Below are positions 51,148 through 64,000 of a stretch of DNA of 64,000 bases, in pieces. The notes under the pieces were generated by a model. The model searched no databases and had not been told where the DNA came from. It saw nothing but the letters and a program-made list of their open reading frames with translations. The stretch is from Chrysomallon squamiferum (taxonomy: Eukaryota > Animalia > Mollusca), in assembly GCA_012295275.1 (NCBI GenBank), contig CM022673.1:15004001-15068000 (forward strand). Direction: 5' to 3'. Numbering within the stretch: position 1 is the first letter of the stretch; each line of letters opens with the position of its first letter. The position numbers and the translations under genes are program-made.

Positions 51148-52200
51148 GTTATTATTATTTTTATAATCCTATATATTATTGAGAAATGTAAATATTTTTT
51201 CTTATTATCACATTACTTCAACAATAATTTCTAACAAATAAAGAGTCCAAAATACTGAAATTTTCATTAAGCTACATTGGGGTTGTAAATTCAAACATAA
51301 GTTATGGCATGTACAGAAGGAACAAAATAAAATATTGTTATATTTTCTCATTACATGACTAATCATAAAAAAGTATTTTAAAATATGTCTATTTCTTTTG
51401 CAGAACTCTATTGACAAGATTTGCAATTTTGACAGCTTGCAAAATATTCAGTTTATAACTTTGGCTGGAAATCGAATAAGAACAATTGAAAATCTCTCAC
51501 ACTTGAAAAAACTGATATTCCTGGATCTATCAGACAATAATATTTCTGATTTCACTGAAGGTAAATTCTTCTCCAGTATCAGTCATGCTATTAAGAATGT
51601 AAACTAAATTATAGTTGGCCATACATTATGATGTAAAGAGAGACCTAGAAATGAATAAATAACATATTGCACATGTTTTATTGATAGGGGATTGAAAGGG
51701 CTGAGGTGCATTATTTTAGAAATGAACTCAACAAAATTTATATTAACATTGTTTTGAAAGGATTATATTTACTGAACATTAATGAAATAACTGGTGAAAA
51801 ATTATTGGCAATAACAATAGCTATGTGCATGATATCTATTTTAATTTAATAATGTTTATGTTTAATTTTTTTTCTCTCGTTTATTATTCTCTATTATATT
51901 AAATTAAATGAATAAACAAAAATAACTATTTGTGTACAGCATTTCAATACATGTCCAGTGCTAAATCAGTTTGACCCAGTGGACAAACATAAGATGAAGT
52001 AAAAAATTTACCCATCAGTCATTACATTTAATGAATTTATGTTTAATTATTTCAGATTTAATTAAAATAGGTTGAAGACTCCTTAACCAAAACAGAGATA
52101 TCTTATAGGTTTTGGATGGTTTAACATATATAAACTTTATTTCAGGCATAAAATTATTTGAAATATTATAAACAACTACTTTAAGACTAAGTATATAGCT

Positions 52201-52236
<36 letters not shown>

Positions 52237-52489
52237 TATGGATTTCATGTTAGACTTAGGTCATATACACAGGTTACCTCCTTATAAAAAAAAATTCCCC
52301 ATATTCAGAAATATTTCAGTTCCAAATATTTCAGATACAGTCCTCAGCCTGCACTGTCTTGTTACATTATATAAGAAGATTATTTCATGTTTTTATTTTA
52401 CAGAGGAAATTCCTAAATCACTGGTGTTGTTAAATCTTGCTGGAAATCCTTGCACTGAACTGGAAAATTATAGGTGAACATTATTATTA

Positions 52490-52527
<38 letters not shown>

Positions 52528-53725
52528 TTTTTTTTAATCTTCTTTTCATTATTATTGTTATTGTTGTTATTATTGCCATTATTATTAATATTACAGTTAT
52601 TATTATTATCATCATTATTTCATTTTCAATGTAATATTCCTATTATTATTATTATTAATAATACTGTTTTTCTTCTTATTATTAGTTATTATTATTTTAC
52701 TTTTACTTATTGTTACTATTATTACTGTTGTTATTATTGTTACTGCTACAGCTATTTTATTATTTATTTGTTCATTTATTTATAAATGCAGTATAAAGAC
52801 CAGTCTTTAAAACAAGCTTTGTATGGCGAGTTCACTTTCAGTTATCAGTAGAAAATATACTAGAAGTGACTTATGTTTCTAGAAACTACTCCATAATGAT
52901 CTGTTTTGCTCTGAGCTATTTGATATCCAAGTACTCAAGTAGCACTATTTAATTGTATTTTATCCAGTAAGTAACTGATTTATCAAACATTTTGTGAATG
53001 TTTTTTTCCCTGTAATTAAAAACTGCCTAAAACATATTTGCAGCTATCAGAAAAGGATAGTTCACATAGTAGATTTCTTTTCTCATTATATTTTTCATTG
53101 TAAATCATATTATGATATCATAATAACTGTCAAAAAATGGGTTGGTTATGTTGATAAATTAAAAAAACAATTTTGTACATTTATATTTTTATCGTCAGAG
53201 AGCGACTTATTCAGTGTCTGCCAAAACTCAGACATTTGGATAATGAAGACCTAGGATCAAAAGAAACTGAGGAAGGTGAATCTGGGGAGGAAGATTCATC
53301 TGAAGAAGAAGAAATAAGTTACACAGTTAAAAAAGATTCACCAAGTTGCCCAGATAGTAAGTTTTTTTTTTTGTGCTAACTTAAATTTGAGAAACAAATA
53401 TTTCAGAGTGCATATGGCAAACACAGGTCGGCTTGAACACACAAATTAGCATAACTTGGTCCAGAATAAGTGCATTTTTGAATCTTTCAAAATAATGTTG
53501 TGAAATTTATCTGTACTAAAAATGTAAATTGATTGCTGAAAATATTATTTTTTATCTAAATAATGTTAGTTTATTTTTCTTTAATTTTCAGAAAGTGCCA
53601 AACTTCTTTCTGGTGAAGTATTGATGAGGTCACATGACAGAATGGAAGATCAGTTGAAGATTCACACAGAACATTCAGAATTACTAGAGACTTACAAGAA
53701 AGCTTTAAATATAAACAAGAAATAA
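50172..53725 (+). CDS. LRRC46: Leucine-rich repeat-containing protein 46, about 249 aa, 7 coding exons
   Basis: Exons 50172-50205, 50519-50603, 50783-50894, 51404-51560, 52404-52473, 53199-53356 and 53592-53725 join in phase (750 nt). RLDRENI, SDS22-type LRRs (YLQQNSI, LAGNRI, LDLSDNNI), the LRR cap NLAGNPC..YR..LPKLRHLD and an acidic tract match LRRC46 as I recall it. Confidence 0.85.
52270..52352. mobile_element. Possible degenerate pogo/Tigger-type MITE remnant
   Basis: Begins CAGGTT and ends TTTCAGATACAGTCCTCAGCCTG, loosely resembling Tigger/MER2-type termini. Confidence 0.3.
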
Positions 53726-55752
53726 TCAGTAAATGATCAGTGATACAGCAGAGATTTACAGTTTAAAGTTAACATCTCTGAGAGCTTCAGAAATATTACG
53801 GGTACCAGAGGCACATAATTTATTGTTAGCTTCAGAAATATATATGTCATCAGAATGCTGGATCAACTGCATTCCTTTTTAATTTACATTATACATTTTA
53901 AGAAAAAGAAAAATTTTAAAATACCAACTATTATGATCTGGGCTTAACCATTTCATTTCGGTATCATACCATCAGTGGTGAATCCTCTAAGTTTCAGTCA
54001 AGGGCACTGAATTGTAACTGCAATAATTTTAGAACTCAGAATGTTTTGCATTAAAGTAGTGAACATTTTTTCTGTTCTCCATTAGTGGAGTGATTAACAT
54101 GAGGCAGTGTTGCAGGATGGGTTCTGTTCAGTCTATCCATCCATCCATTTTATTATTCCCCAGTCCAGATATTGCCAATTTGTGTAGGACTTTGTATAAG
54201 TTTTCACTTTATGGTTGCTGTTTATGTAGGAAGTAGCCCTGTACTAAGTGTCTAGAACAGCTTATTCACAGCCAACATTTGTTCCTTTTCACAAACAGTA
54301 CTAGAAATATTAGATGAAAAAGATAAGGTAAAAACAACTTTATTTGTTGAATATTATTTTATTAATAAATAAAACAGATCTATTTCATGTTTACTATCTT
54401 CACAATGAATAAAATTATATTTTGGTATAAAATGAGAAACAGATTATATATAATTAAAATTGCACCACTATAAAAATAACAACAATGTAAATTCTAAAAA
54501 GCTCTCTGTAAAATAATAAAAATAACAAAGTATTAAAAATGATATGTGTCAGATAATCAAGATCAAATTAATAATTTACACTGCTGCCGAAGAAACATTT
54601 CATAAAATATATAAAACTTTTAATATAAACAACTTGTTTTTTCGGTGTGTTTTTTCAAAATAATAATAATAATAATAATAATTATAAAAATATTTAAATT
54701 TATGAATGTTATGAAAATGTTAATAAATTGGACATAAAATGTAACATAAAAACAACTAAATAAATAAATATAATTCAAAATGTTCCAGTTTGGTTTGAAA
54801 ATTATCACAATTCAAATTATAGTATATAAAAACTGATTCTTAAACATTAAAAATCTGCTAAAAAATTACAAATTTAAATAATATATATTTTTATTAAGGT
54901 ATACAAATTCTTATTGTCAAACATTTAGAATTTATTTTAAAAATTCATTCTTAACATTCTATATAGTTAATTATAACTACAAGGATAACAACATGATGTT
55001 TAGAACCATCATCAATTTTCAGTTTCACAATAAATATGCAAATAAAGTATTCAGTAGTTGGCAGTCACAGTTAGTCAAGTATTCTTGAAAATAGAACCGT
55101 TTTTTTTTCGTGAATATAAAAACATCTTTGTCAAATAATCCAAAAAACATATATCTGACAAAGACAACTGATATGGTAGAGTATTAGAAAGAAAGAGCAA
55201 AGTGGTAATAATCTCTCTCCACAGTCTCTTGTAGAAGATTTGAACTCAGTAGGTAAAAATCCTAAGATGTAACAGGATTAAAAGATGCTACCTAGATTTG
55301 AAGCCCATAGACAGAAATCCTAAAATATAAAAGGTTATATAAAAATAATTATATTTTCAGTACATTTTCTAAACAATTAATAATTTTGTTCTCAACATCA
55401 ACCCCTACTAAATAACAAATTATGAAACAAAAATAACAAACATCATAAAATGGTGGACTGATTTCTTTTTTGTCAATTTGAGATATCACATCTTATAGGG
55501 AGTGTAAAAAAAAAATGACAAACTTTATTAAAAAAAACCTAGAAAAATATTTTTATCAGTAACAGGCAAGGGCAATCTTTATTGATAAGCAGGCTGCATT
55601 AGACATGATTTACTCATGAGGCAGGCCAGACTACTATTAAACATTATTTTCCTCATTAGGTGTGTTTGCCCATGTCAGATCTATAATATCAATTGTACAA
55701 AAATATTTTTATTTTCATATTTCCCTGTAAGATGCGATATCACAACTAGACA

Positions 55753-58136
55753 CTACAGACACCAATCCACTGGCTCAATGCCTGCTTTCTTCAAAGCTTC
55801 ATTTGCTTTGGAAAAGCATTTGCACCCAGAAAACTTGTTAAAACTCAGAGGTGAAGGGTGAGCGGTTTTGATGATAGTGTGACGAGATGTATCGAGTAAT
55901 TTTTCTTTTTTGTGAGCAAACATTCCCCACAAGATGAATACAACATGTCTGGGACTCTTGTCGCTGATTATCTTCAAAACACGATCAGTAAATTTCTGCC
56001 ATCCGTATTTTTTGTGTGAATTGGGGATGTGAGCCCTATGATGAAAAAATAAAACAGATTCATTATTCCATTAGCATTGTGTGAGTTAGGGGTTAAGCCC
56101 TTGAAAGAAAGAAAAAAAAAACATTTTAAAATAAAATTAAAAAGAAATTCAAGTCTACAGTCAATAGGTAGGACATTTATCTTTGTATTATTACGTAAGT
56201 TGTGGGATTGAACTGAGCCCTAACGAAGAAAAACAGGTTTTAAAAAAAAAAAAAAAAGTACTTTGCATTGGACACCTATCTTGGTAATAGCATTGTAGGA
56301 GAACAACATTCAGGATGATAACTATTGCATTATGCTGAACATTTAAAGACACCATGCTAAATGTCTTGTCTTTAAACAAGATCTCATTTAAATATTTTGT
56401 ATTTGAACTCAAACTGATGTATAAACTTACCAATGTTCCTTCAAATATCAAAAAATACAAAAACATGTCAGATATATTCAATAACTCCACTTGTGCATCA
56501 GTGGAAAATTTCAGATTCTGTATATTTATGACAACAATGTCCTAACACTCAAATTTTACTAAACCTACCAAAAATATTTAAATATCTTCAGGTATTTGAA
56601 ATTCAATATTTTATATGACTATTTTTAAGTGCAATATTTTTCATGACTATTTTTAAATTCAGTATTTTACATGATTATTTTAAAATCAGAATTTCATAAA
56701 ATTATTTTTACAAAAACAAGAAAGGAAGGCAGGACTTACTCGACTGTCAGTGTGGCATTAAGAAGTAAAACTCCTTCTTCAGCCCATTTTGTCAGGTTGC
56801 CGTGGTTTGGTGCTTTAAAACCAGGAATGTCCGTTGATAGTTCTTTGTACATGTTCTTCAGTGATGGTGGTATCGAAACACCTTCATTGACTGAAAAACT
56901 CAATCCCATTGCCTACAACAACAACAATGAAATTAATAAAGATAAATATTACATAGTAGTTGTAGTAGTAATAATCATAGTAACAACAATAATGCAACAA
57001 ACTATTATTCCATTAAAAAATTAATAAAGAAATATATCTTTGTACTAGTAGTTTAAAATATAATCCTTATTTCAAGTGTTCAAACTTAATGCATCAAATA
57101 AATAAGATGGTCGTTTTAAATAAATACATACCTGACTATCATCATGGTATGGGTCTTGACCAAGGATAACCACCTTTATCTAAAATCAGATTAAGTTAAA
57201 AATAAAATTTTGGAAATATAAAACTTCCTGATATAACTTCACAGATTAACCTTGATTGTACATGAATATATAGCAATTATTTGACTGAAAAATTATGAAT
57301 TTAATTATTTTTGCAACCCATTTTTATAAATAATCATTACTATGGTTATTAATGGTAAAAATCATTATATTTATGATTAAAGTAACTTAGTTATATAAAT
57401 GAAGATCACATGAAATTAAATAACTTGAAAACCTGGCTTACTTTATCAAAAGGAGTCAATTCAAAAGCATTGAAAATAAGATCCCATGGAGGAAATATAG
57501 TCTTTGCTTTGTAATCAGCTATCAATTTCTTTTCAAGTTCTTGGAAATAATTCTCTTCTATCTCCGACTGCAGAACTTCTTTCCAGCTCTTATCCTTTAG
57601 AAGTGAAATTAGATTTTTTTCATCTAAAAAAACAACAAAAAAACTAACTTTTAAATACGTTTTGATAGTAATTAAATTATTTGCTTTGTAATGTAGCACA
57701 GATTATTTGTATGTGAAGTATATGAATGATGGTTTTTATCTTCTGTATCTCGCTTTCTGTAACACTGGCTGAGAAATGAATTGGATAATCTCATTAAATA
57801 ATAAATATGTAATTATGCAACATTTTCATTATCATTAACTTCATAAATATGCATGGAAGAAAAGTTGTTTATTTTATATTTTAAAGTTAATTTATATCTG
57901 ATCTTTGAATACTAAAATTTAATGCCGGTACTATAATGAATAAAGTATAACTTGCAATGCAAGCTTGCAAGACTACTATTATTAGTACACTGTATATCTT
58001 ACCAATTCTACTAATGCTACTTTCTATTTAAAATGATTATATAAAAACATAATGTTTGTATACCATGCTTATCACTCTTTTTCAATTTTTTGGAAGGTGA
58101 TGTATTTTCTAAAGATTTTCGTTTTGTTGGTGGCAT
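55753..58136 (-). CDS. UNG: Family-1 uracil-DNA glycosylase, about 252 aa
   Basis: Exons 58064-58136, 57442-57623, 57132-57179, 56740-56912 and 55753-56035 join in phase (759 nt). Motifs [35 protein letters not shown] and HPSPLS; basic NLS-like N-terminus MPPTKRK...SKKLKK. Confidence 0.96.
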
Positions 58137-58420
58137 GTTTCAAAATATAGACTATATTATATATAATAATAATTATTATTAATTTTGTTTTATCGGAATT
58201 TATCCTGCCCGCCTTTCGAAAGAATGTCCCTCACAACTACCGGCGGAATAATTTCCTGTTACTAGCTACGAAATATAGTACCCTTAGTTTTTGCAAATAA
58301 ATTATGAACAAAATAAGACATTTATGTTGCATATATAATACTATGAGAACTAATTTTAAGATGTAAATATTATTATTATTATTTTCTAAACATTTTGTTC
58401 TCCAACGGCGGAATAATATG
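58137..58420 (-). promoter_or_regulatory. UNG proximal promoter with duplicated E2F-like motif
   Basis: CGGCGGAATAAT at 58241 and 58406, GC-box-like GCCCGCC at 58207, TTCGAA at 58215; CpG retained. Confidence 0.5.
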
Positions 58421-59124
58421 TTTTTCCACCAGTATCATAGAATGCTATTTCCACGAGCAGTTTACCAAAGTAAATTTGCTCATTGTGGACATATTATTCA
58501 TAAATAAGATGAAACATATACTAATGAAATGAATGAAAGAATAGATTCGCGACACCTAACATATTTTAAATATTACCTGTTATATTGTTATCATTGTTTT
58601 AATCACCTACGAATAATGACATAAAAAAATATTTCACTGTTTTACGGTTGTCGACTGGAAACATGGGATATTTCATATCAAACACGTATCATAACCTATT
58701 AATATATCAAGTGTGGTCCAGTGAGTAAAGAAAATGAATGCATTAGATTATGAAAAAAAAAAAGAAGAAAATAAATAAAATACTCATTATACTGGGTATC
58801 ATTTTCTTATTATTTTTTAATGTCGTGTTTATCCTATGACTTTACTGAATTGTGTGTTTGTTAGTGTGCTTGTAAGAAACGTGAACAAAACAGAAAAATG
58901 ATGCCTAACTCATATCCGTTAACACTAATAAAAAGTATATAAAATAATCATTATCGTCAAAATCATCATCATCATAATCATAATCAACAAATAAATAAAT
59001 AATAATATTTAATAATTAATTTTTGTAATATCATGAAAAAATATTTCAGGCTTTAATATTTCTTTATTTAAAATAAATAAATAAATGAATAAATAAATAA
59101 ATAACGCTTTAATAACAGTTTTTG

Positions 59125-59294
59125 ACAACGTCCGTTGTCTGGCCTTGGGACGGATCACAACAAATGGATCCATGGCACTTTTTAGGAACTACGTCACTTT
59201 TTATTAAAGGCCACCAGCAGTCTGAAATAATTAAGGAGCATTGCAGATCAAGTGGGCAGTGTTTTAAGACGTCTGCTGTTGAAAAGACAATTGT
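59125..59294 (+). promoter_or_regulatory. Putative promoter and non-coding first exon of the SDR gene
   Basis: CpG-retaining, GC-richer patch with CRE-like TACGTCA at about 59190 and donor TGT|GTAAGT at 59294. The SDR ATG at 60596 lies 9 nt after an acceptor (TTTTAG|, exon start 60587), which requires an upstream exon. Confidence 0.5.
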
Positions 59295-59976
59295 GTAAGT
59301 TGTAATTTTATTTAATTATAACTTTGTTTATGCAAGTATTTAATTTGTGGGTATTTTTCTTTCAGTGAAGACAAAACCTTTATTATTTTAATTGGTACAT
59401 GAATCATAAATTAATTGTCACGGTGTTTTCAATTTCGTTATCATTATTAGTAAAATCTGCATGGATATTACTTATTTTATTACGATGTAGTAATAATGTA
59501 AATGAACTCAGTATTTATACTTTTTAATTGTTTTATTTCGAGACATTCCTAATCTGTCGGGGTACTTCCTGTGTCAAAATTAATGCTATTTTTAGCGTAA
59601 GGGACATAACTCCAGCATATTGCATAATAATGATAATGAAATATTTATCGAAATGTACCGAGCTGAATAATTTAACCTCTTCTGCAGGCAGCTGATATTT
59701 CTGAATGCTTGGTCTTAATTGTACAGACTATTAAGCAGCATGTAGGCATACCTCAGTAATAAGTTGCAGTCATATTTTCAGTTCACATGATTATAATCAT
59801 ATGATACGGGCCATGGGGGTCTTGCTCATTAATACTTGCAATACTGAATCACTAATAAACGGATGTGGCTTTATGACTCATATCAGTAATGTTTTATGGG
59901 AGATTGTTTCCAAATGTACAATGTAAATTATTAGTTTAATATGTATTTGTATTAAATATCATTATTATTTTACAGA

Positions 59977-60038
<62 letters not shown>

Positions 60039-60261
60039 AATAAATAAAAATAATAATAAATAAAAAATAAAACAAAAGATCATAGTTTTGTAAACTTCTG
60101 ATAATGCATATAGGACACACTATTACCAATTCCTGGAATAATAAAAGGAATATATTTATTATTTTAAGGTAAAACCTGTTATTTCCGTGTTTTGCACAGT
60201 TAAAATATAAGTGAGCAAAATTGTTCAGAAATTTGACCTTGGCATATGTTATCCCCATTTG

Positions 60262-60313
<52 letters not shown>

Positions 60314-60595
60314 TTATTTATTTATTTATTTTTTTTCTCTCAAATAGTGACATCTGCTGGGTTAATTACAAAATGCATAAAGCATCCCAGCAGTTTTTAT
60401 TTATTTGTTTATTTTTTAAACTGTATAAATAAATTTAATTATGTATTCATTCTGAATTTATTAACATATTTGTCATTATGTAATCCACATGGCTGACATG
60501 ACGTTAAGCATTTTGTTATTCAGTGTTTATTAACTGGTACATTCTTCCAGAGAAAAACATTCTGATTATCTTCTTCTTTGTTTTAGAGAAACAAA

Positions 60596-63500
60596 ATGAC
60601 AGGTAGGGTAATTATTGTCACTGGAGCCAACTCCGGAATTGGATATGAAACTGCTAAGTTTCTCTGTAATGGTGGTAATGAAGTAATCTTGGCCTGTCGC
60701 AATGAAGAAAAAGGAAAAGCAGCTGTTGGGAAAATTCTGGAATCAAATCCAAATGCTCTTGCATCCTTTATGATGGTAAGAACACAATATTTTTCCATAA
60801 TTAGATTGGTAACTAGTTTTAAAATAAAATGTTAACAGAATATTATGAACGAAAAAAAAAAATTCTTAATTTATTTTTAATTAAACATTTTTTTAAGTTG
60901 TTATATCTATCACTTTTAAATACATATGTTATATACACACACACACATACACACATACATATATATATATGCACACACACTTTTTACTTTTGGCTTTACA
61001 ATTTCACATGTACCTTCTGTGCTTGTTAAACATAATAATTCAGTTTATTGTGTAATTGAACAGGTTTCACATGCATAAATATTTTAATGTTTTACAGCTG
61101 GATCTTGCAGACTTGTCTTCTGTGAGGAAATTTGTTGAAGACTTTCAGGCGAGTGGTAAGAAGTTGTATGCTCTTGTAAACAATGCTGGTATTTACCCAA
61201 ATAAGAGATCTCCTCGACAGTTTACCAAGGACAACTTTGAACTAGCCATGGGCACCAATCACCTAGGTGAGTTTTAATTTGATCAAACTTTAATCTCAAA
61301 AAGGATACATCCATGATTTTATCAAACATTGATCTCAAAAAGGATGCATCCTTGATTTTATCAAACATTAATCTCAATAAGGATAGGTATTTAAGTTTAT
61401 CAAATTTTACTACATCAATAGCCATAGGTACAAGTCATCTAGGTGAATTGTAATTAATTTTATCAAACTAATCTCAAAAAGGATAGATCTTTGAGTTTAT
61501 CAAATCTTGCCAGGGGACACATTGCTAGTCATCAGTATCAGTCACCTAGGTGAGTCATACATAGTTATTTGTTAAAACATGATCTGAAAAAACATGGCCT
61601 TCTGAGAGAATAGATCTTTGAGTTACCTAATCTTACTAGGGGATGCATCATTTCAAAGAAATTCACAAGAAGAAAAATTGTTGACAGACACATTTGTGTT
61701 TGTACAGTCAGTCATTTTGAGTTTAAAAAACATGACCAGACAAATTGAATAGAAAATAAAAATTTGTCTGTAGAGAGTTAAATGATTTTGTCCCAATCTT
61801 GTTTGATGTATTTAACCAGTAATGCATATAGCTGTGTATAAAGATAAATAAATAAGTAGATTTAAATCAGTTATTATTATTTCTTTGTTTCTTTTTTTAA
61901 AGGACATTTTCTTCTGACTAATCTTCTTCTTGGAAATTTGGAGAGTACAGCTTCTGAAATTGGAGATGCTCGAATTGTGACAGTCACTTCTATGTTACAT
62001 GACAGAAACCTCAAGAAACGAATGAGACATGGTAATTATTATGTTTTGAATTCTTGAAATTCTTCTGAATTTTTTTTTTATATATAATACCTTTTAAAAT
62101 TCCTTTTCATCTCAATACGTTAATGAGATTTAATTGTTTTCATTGATTTAATTATTTTTAATAATGTCACATTTTAAAATGATTATCTTTAATTACATTT
62201 AAATTATATCTGTGATACTGATCATTTAAGTACTATATGAATACTACATTTAAACTTTAAACTCTGATGATAATAATAAAACAGCTTGAACACAGATATC
62301 AAAAATTTAATTGCAATTATTTTATATAAATGTTCATATTTTACAGTGACTGCTTTTGACATTGATGATATTTTCATGGCTGGTGAGGGTAAATACAGTG
62401 CTGACAATGCATACAAGAATTCCAAACTGGCCAATGTTTTGTTCACCTATGAGCTAGCCAAACAACTGCAGGACAGAGGAGTAACAGCTAACTGTGTTTG
62501 TCCAGGTAACTTAAATCAGTTTAAACAGATAGAAAATATAGATGTATTGATGGATAGATACAGATATACTGAAGAATAATCGACAGAGCACCACCCAGCA
62601 GCTCCGATGTAACAAATCTTTTTTTTTGACCTGGCAAAGAGGATAACCTCAGCCTTATGATGATGTTAGGAAAAAAATAACTGCATACCTTTAACAACAA
62701 CTTTACCACTGTTTAGAGCTTTTACAAATTGTATTATTTATGTTTAATTTTAATTTTTTATTGTAGGTTTCATTCCAGCAACTAATCTGAGTCGTAATGC
62801 AACTGCATCTACCAGATTCTTTATCAGATATGTTCTAGGCGGAATGTTTCGTTTCACAAAGATCACTCAGACTGTGGACCAGGGTGCCAGGGCTGTAGTT
62901 GAGCTGGTTACTGACGAAAAGTTCAAAGGTGAGTTGTACTTGTAATTTAAATTGTAATTGTGAAACTTTGAATAGTTATGAGGTATTTAGCTCATAATAT
63001 TTTTTTAAATAAAATATCTGTGAAAATAACTGTACTATTGTTTGTTTAGCCAAATTCAGTATAGCTGCAAAGTATGAAGGGGTTGTATAAATCTTTTAAA
63101 TATTTTTTCAAGATCAGATATTTTTTTTTGCTCCAAGTGATTTTTATTATTGTTTATTTCTTTTTTTTAATTTGAGTATTCTAATGCTGCTGCTAACAAC
63201 TAACCTTAAACATTTTGTACATTTCCCAGATTTTTATTTGTTGCTTGTTAGTGTAATATTTTTTAAATTTAACAATTGTGGACAGATGAAAGTTTGTTAA
63301 ATATGTTTTCTACATTGGTCTATTCCAAGATTTTGTTATTTATTTTTCTGTTTTTATTTTTTGTTTTTCAAGAGTATGTTAAAGTTCTAGCAAAATGAAA
63401 ATCATATAATTATATATTCTCATTTTCTTATTTCATTTATTTGTGAATTTTGTGTAGGGGTGAATGGGAAGTATTTCAAAAACCATGCAGAAGCTAGGTC

Positions 63501-63648
63501 CTCTGATGAGTCAATGGACGAGGAACTTCGTGTCAAGCTGTGGGAACTTAGTGCACGCTACTGTCACCTGAAGGGATATGAACCATTGGATGCCGAGTTG
63601 CCAGCACAAGAGACTGAGGAAGCAACAGCAAAACCAAAAGGTATTTAG
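60596..63648 (+). CDS. Short-chain dehydrogenase/reductase, retinol dehydrogenase 11-14/WWOX-like, about 330 aa (3' end may continue)
   Basis: Exons 60596-60775, 61098-61266, 61903-62031, 62347-62505, 62767-62928 and 63458-63648 join in phase. Motifs [29 protein letters not shown] and catalytic YKNSK. A possible donor AAG|GTATTT at 63640 could extend the gene beyond the window. Confidence 0.92.
61245..61645 (+). repeat. Tandem repeats containing copies of the SDR exon 3' end and donor, plus ~38-bp subunits
   Basis: TCA(C/T)CTAG|GTGA occurs with GT at 61267, 61443 and 61550. ATCAAAC.TT.ATCTCAAAAAGGAT occurs about 4 times. Confidence 0.85.
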
Positions 63649-64000
63649 AAAAAACCCAGATCTGAAGCTATCTTTAGTTATGTTGGATACAGAATGATAA
63701 AATTTGTATTTGTTTTGTTACTACTTTGACTTTGTTGGTATGAACATGCTGTTGGATGTGTTATTTTTAGGTAATTTGGTTTGTTACCTTTGCTTAATAG
63801 TAAGATTATCTCTTTATAAGAAGAAATATTAGCAGAGGTTTTTTAAGTCGACAAAGATTTACATTCGAAAAAAAACACTTCATGAACTGTTACTCTTTTA
63901 ATGTGCATTTGCCTATTTTTGTTATTAATTTTTTCTTTTTTGATTAATTATTTGTTGTTTTTTTGAATCAGTGGATTATGTTATGGTAAGCGTATTAAAC

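Noticed and set aside
56671-57024. Plus-strand ORFs overlapping UNG exons (also 55616..55861), and 33077..33398 antisense to the channel
   Set aside because: They are antisense shadows of real coding exons.
55753-58136. UNG as a viral or horizontally acquired gene
   Set aside because: It has four ordinary GT-AG introns, an NLS-like N-terminus and host-like composition.

Overview
AT-rich eukaryotic (animal) genomic DNA, dense in microsatellites, with spliceosomal introns. SINE remnants and gene content suggest a mollusc, possibly a gastropod (inference only). Positions 1-29.5 kb hold no recognisable coding sequence. They look like the long, CpG-depleted 5' intronic part of a minus-strand gene whose CpG-rich promoter and first exon lie at about 29.2-29.7 kb. 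Five multi-exon genes follow, reconstructed by hand with consistent intron phases: a DEG/ENaC (ASIC-like) channel (+, 32470-38657), CCDC148 (-, 40886-49424), LRRC46 (+, 50172-53725), uracil-DNA glycosylase UNG (-, 55753-58136) and a retinol-dehydrogenase-like SDR (+, 60596-63648). Mobile DNA includes two complementary decayed copies of one hAT element, an internally rearranged Tc1/mariner element and tRNA-derived SINE remnants. The most notable observations are: tandem duplication of exon 3' ends with their splice donors in two unrelated genes; two GC-AG introns and a Lys in place of the conserved TM2 Asp in the channel gene; a sharp CpG-retention boundary, with the two hAT copies as an internal control; and a possible 40-nt intron plus 21-nt microexon in UNG. 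I found no clearly new multi-gene system.
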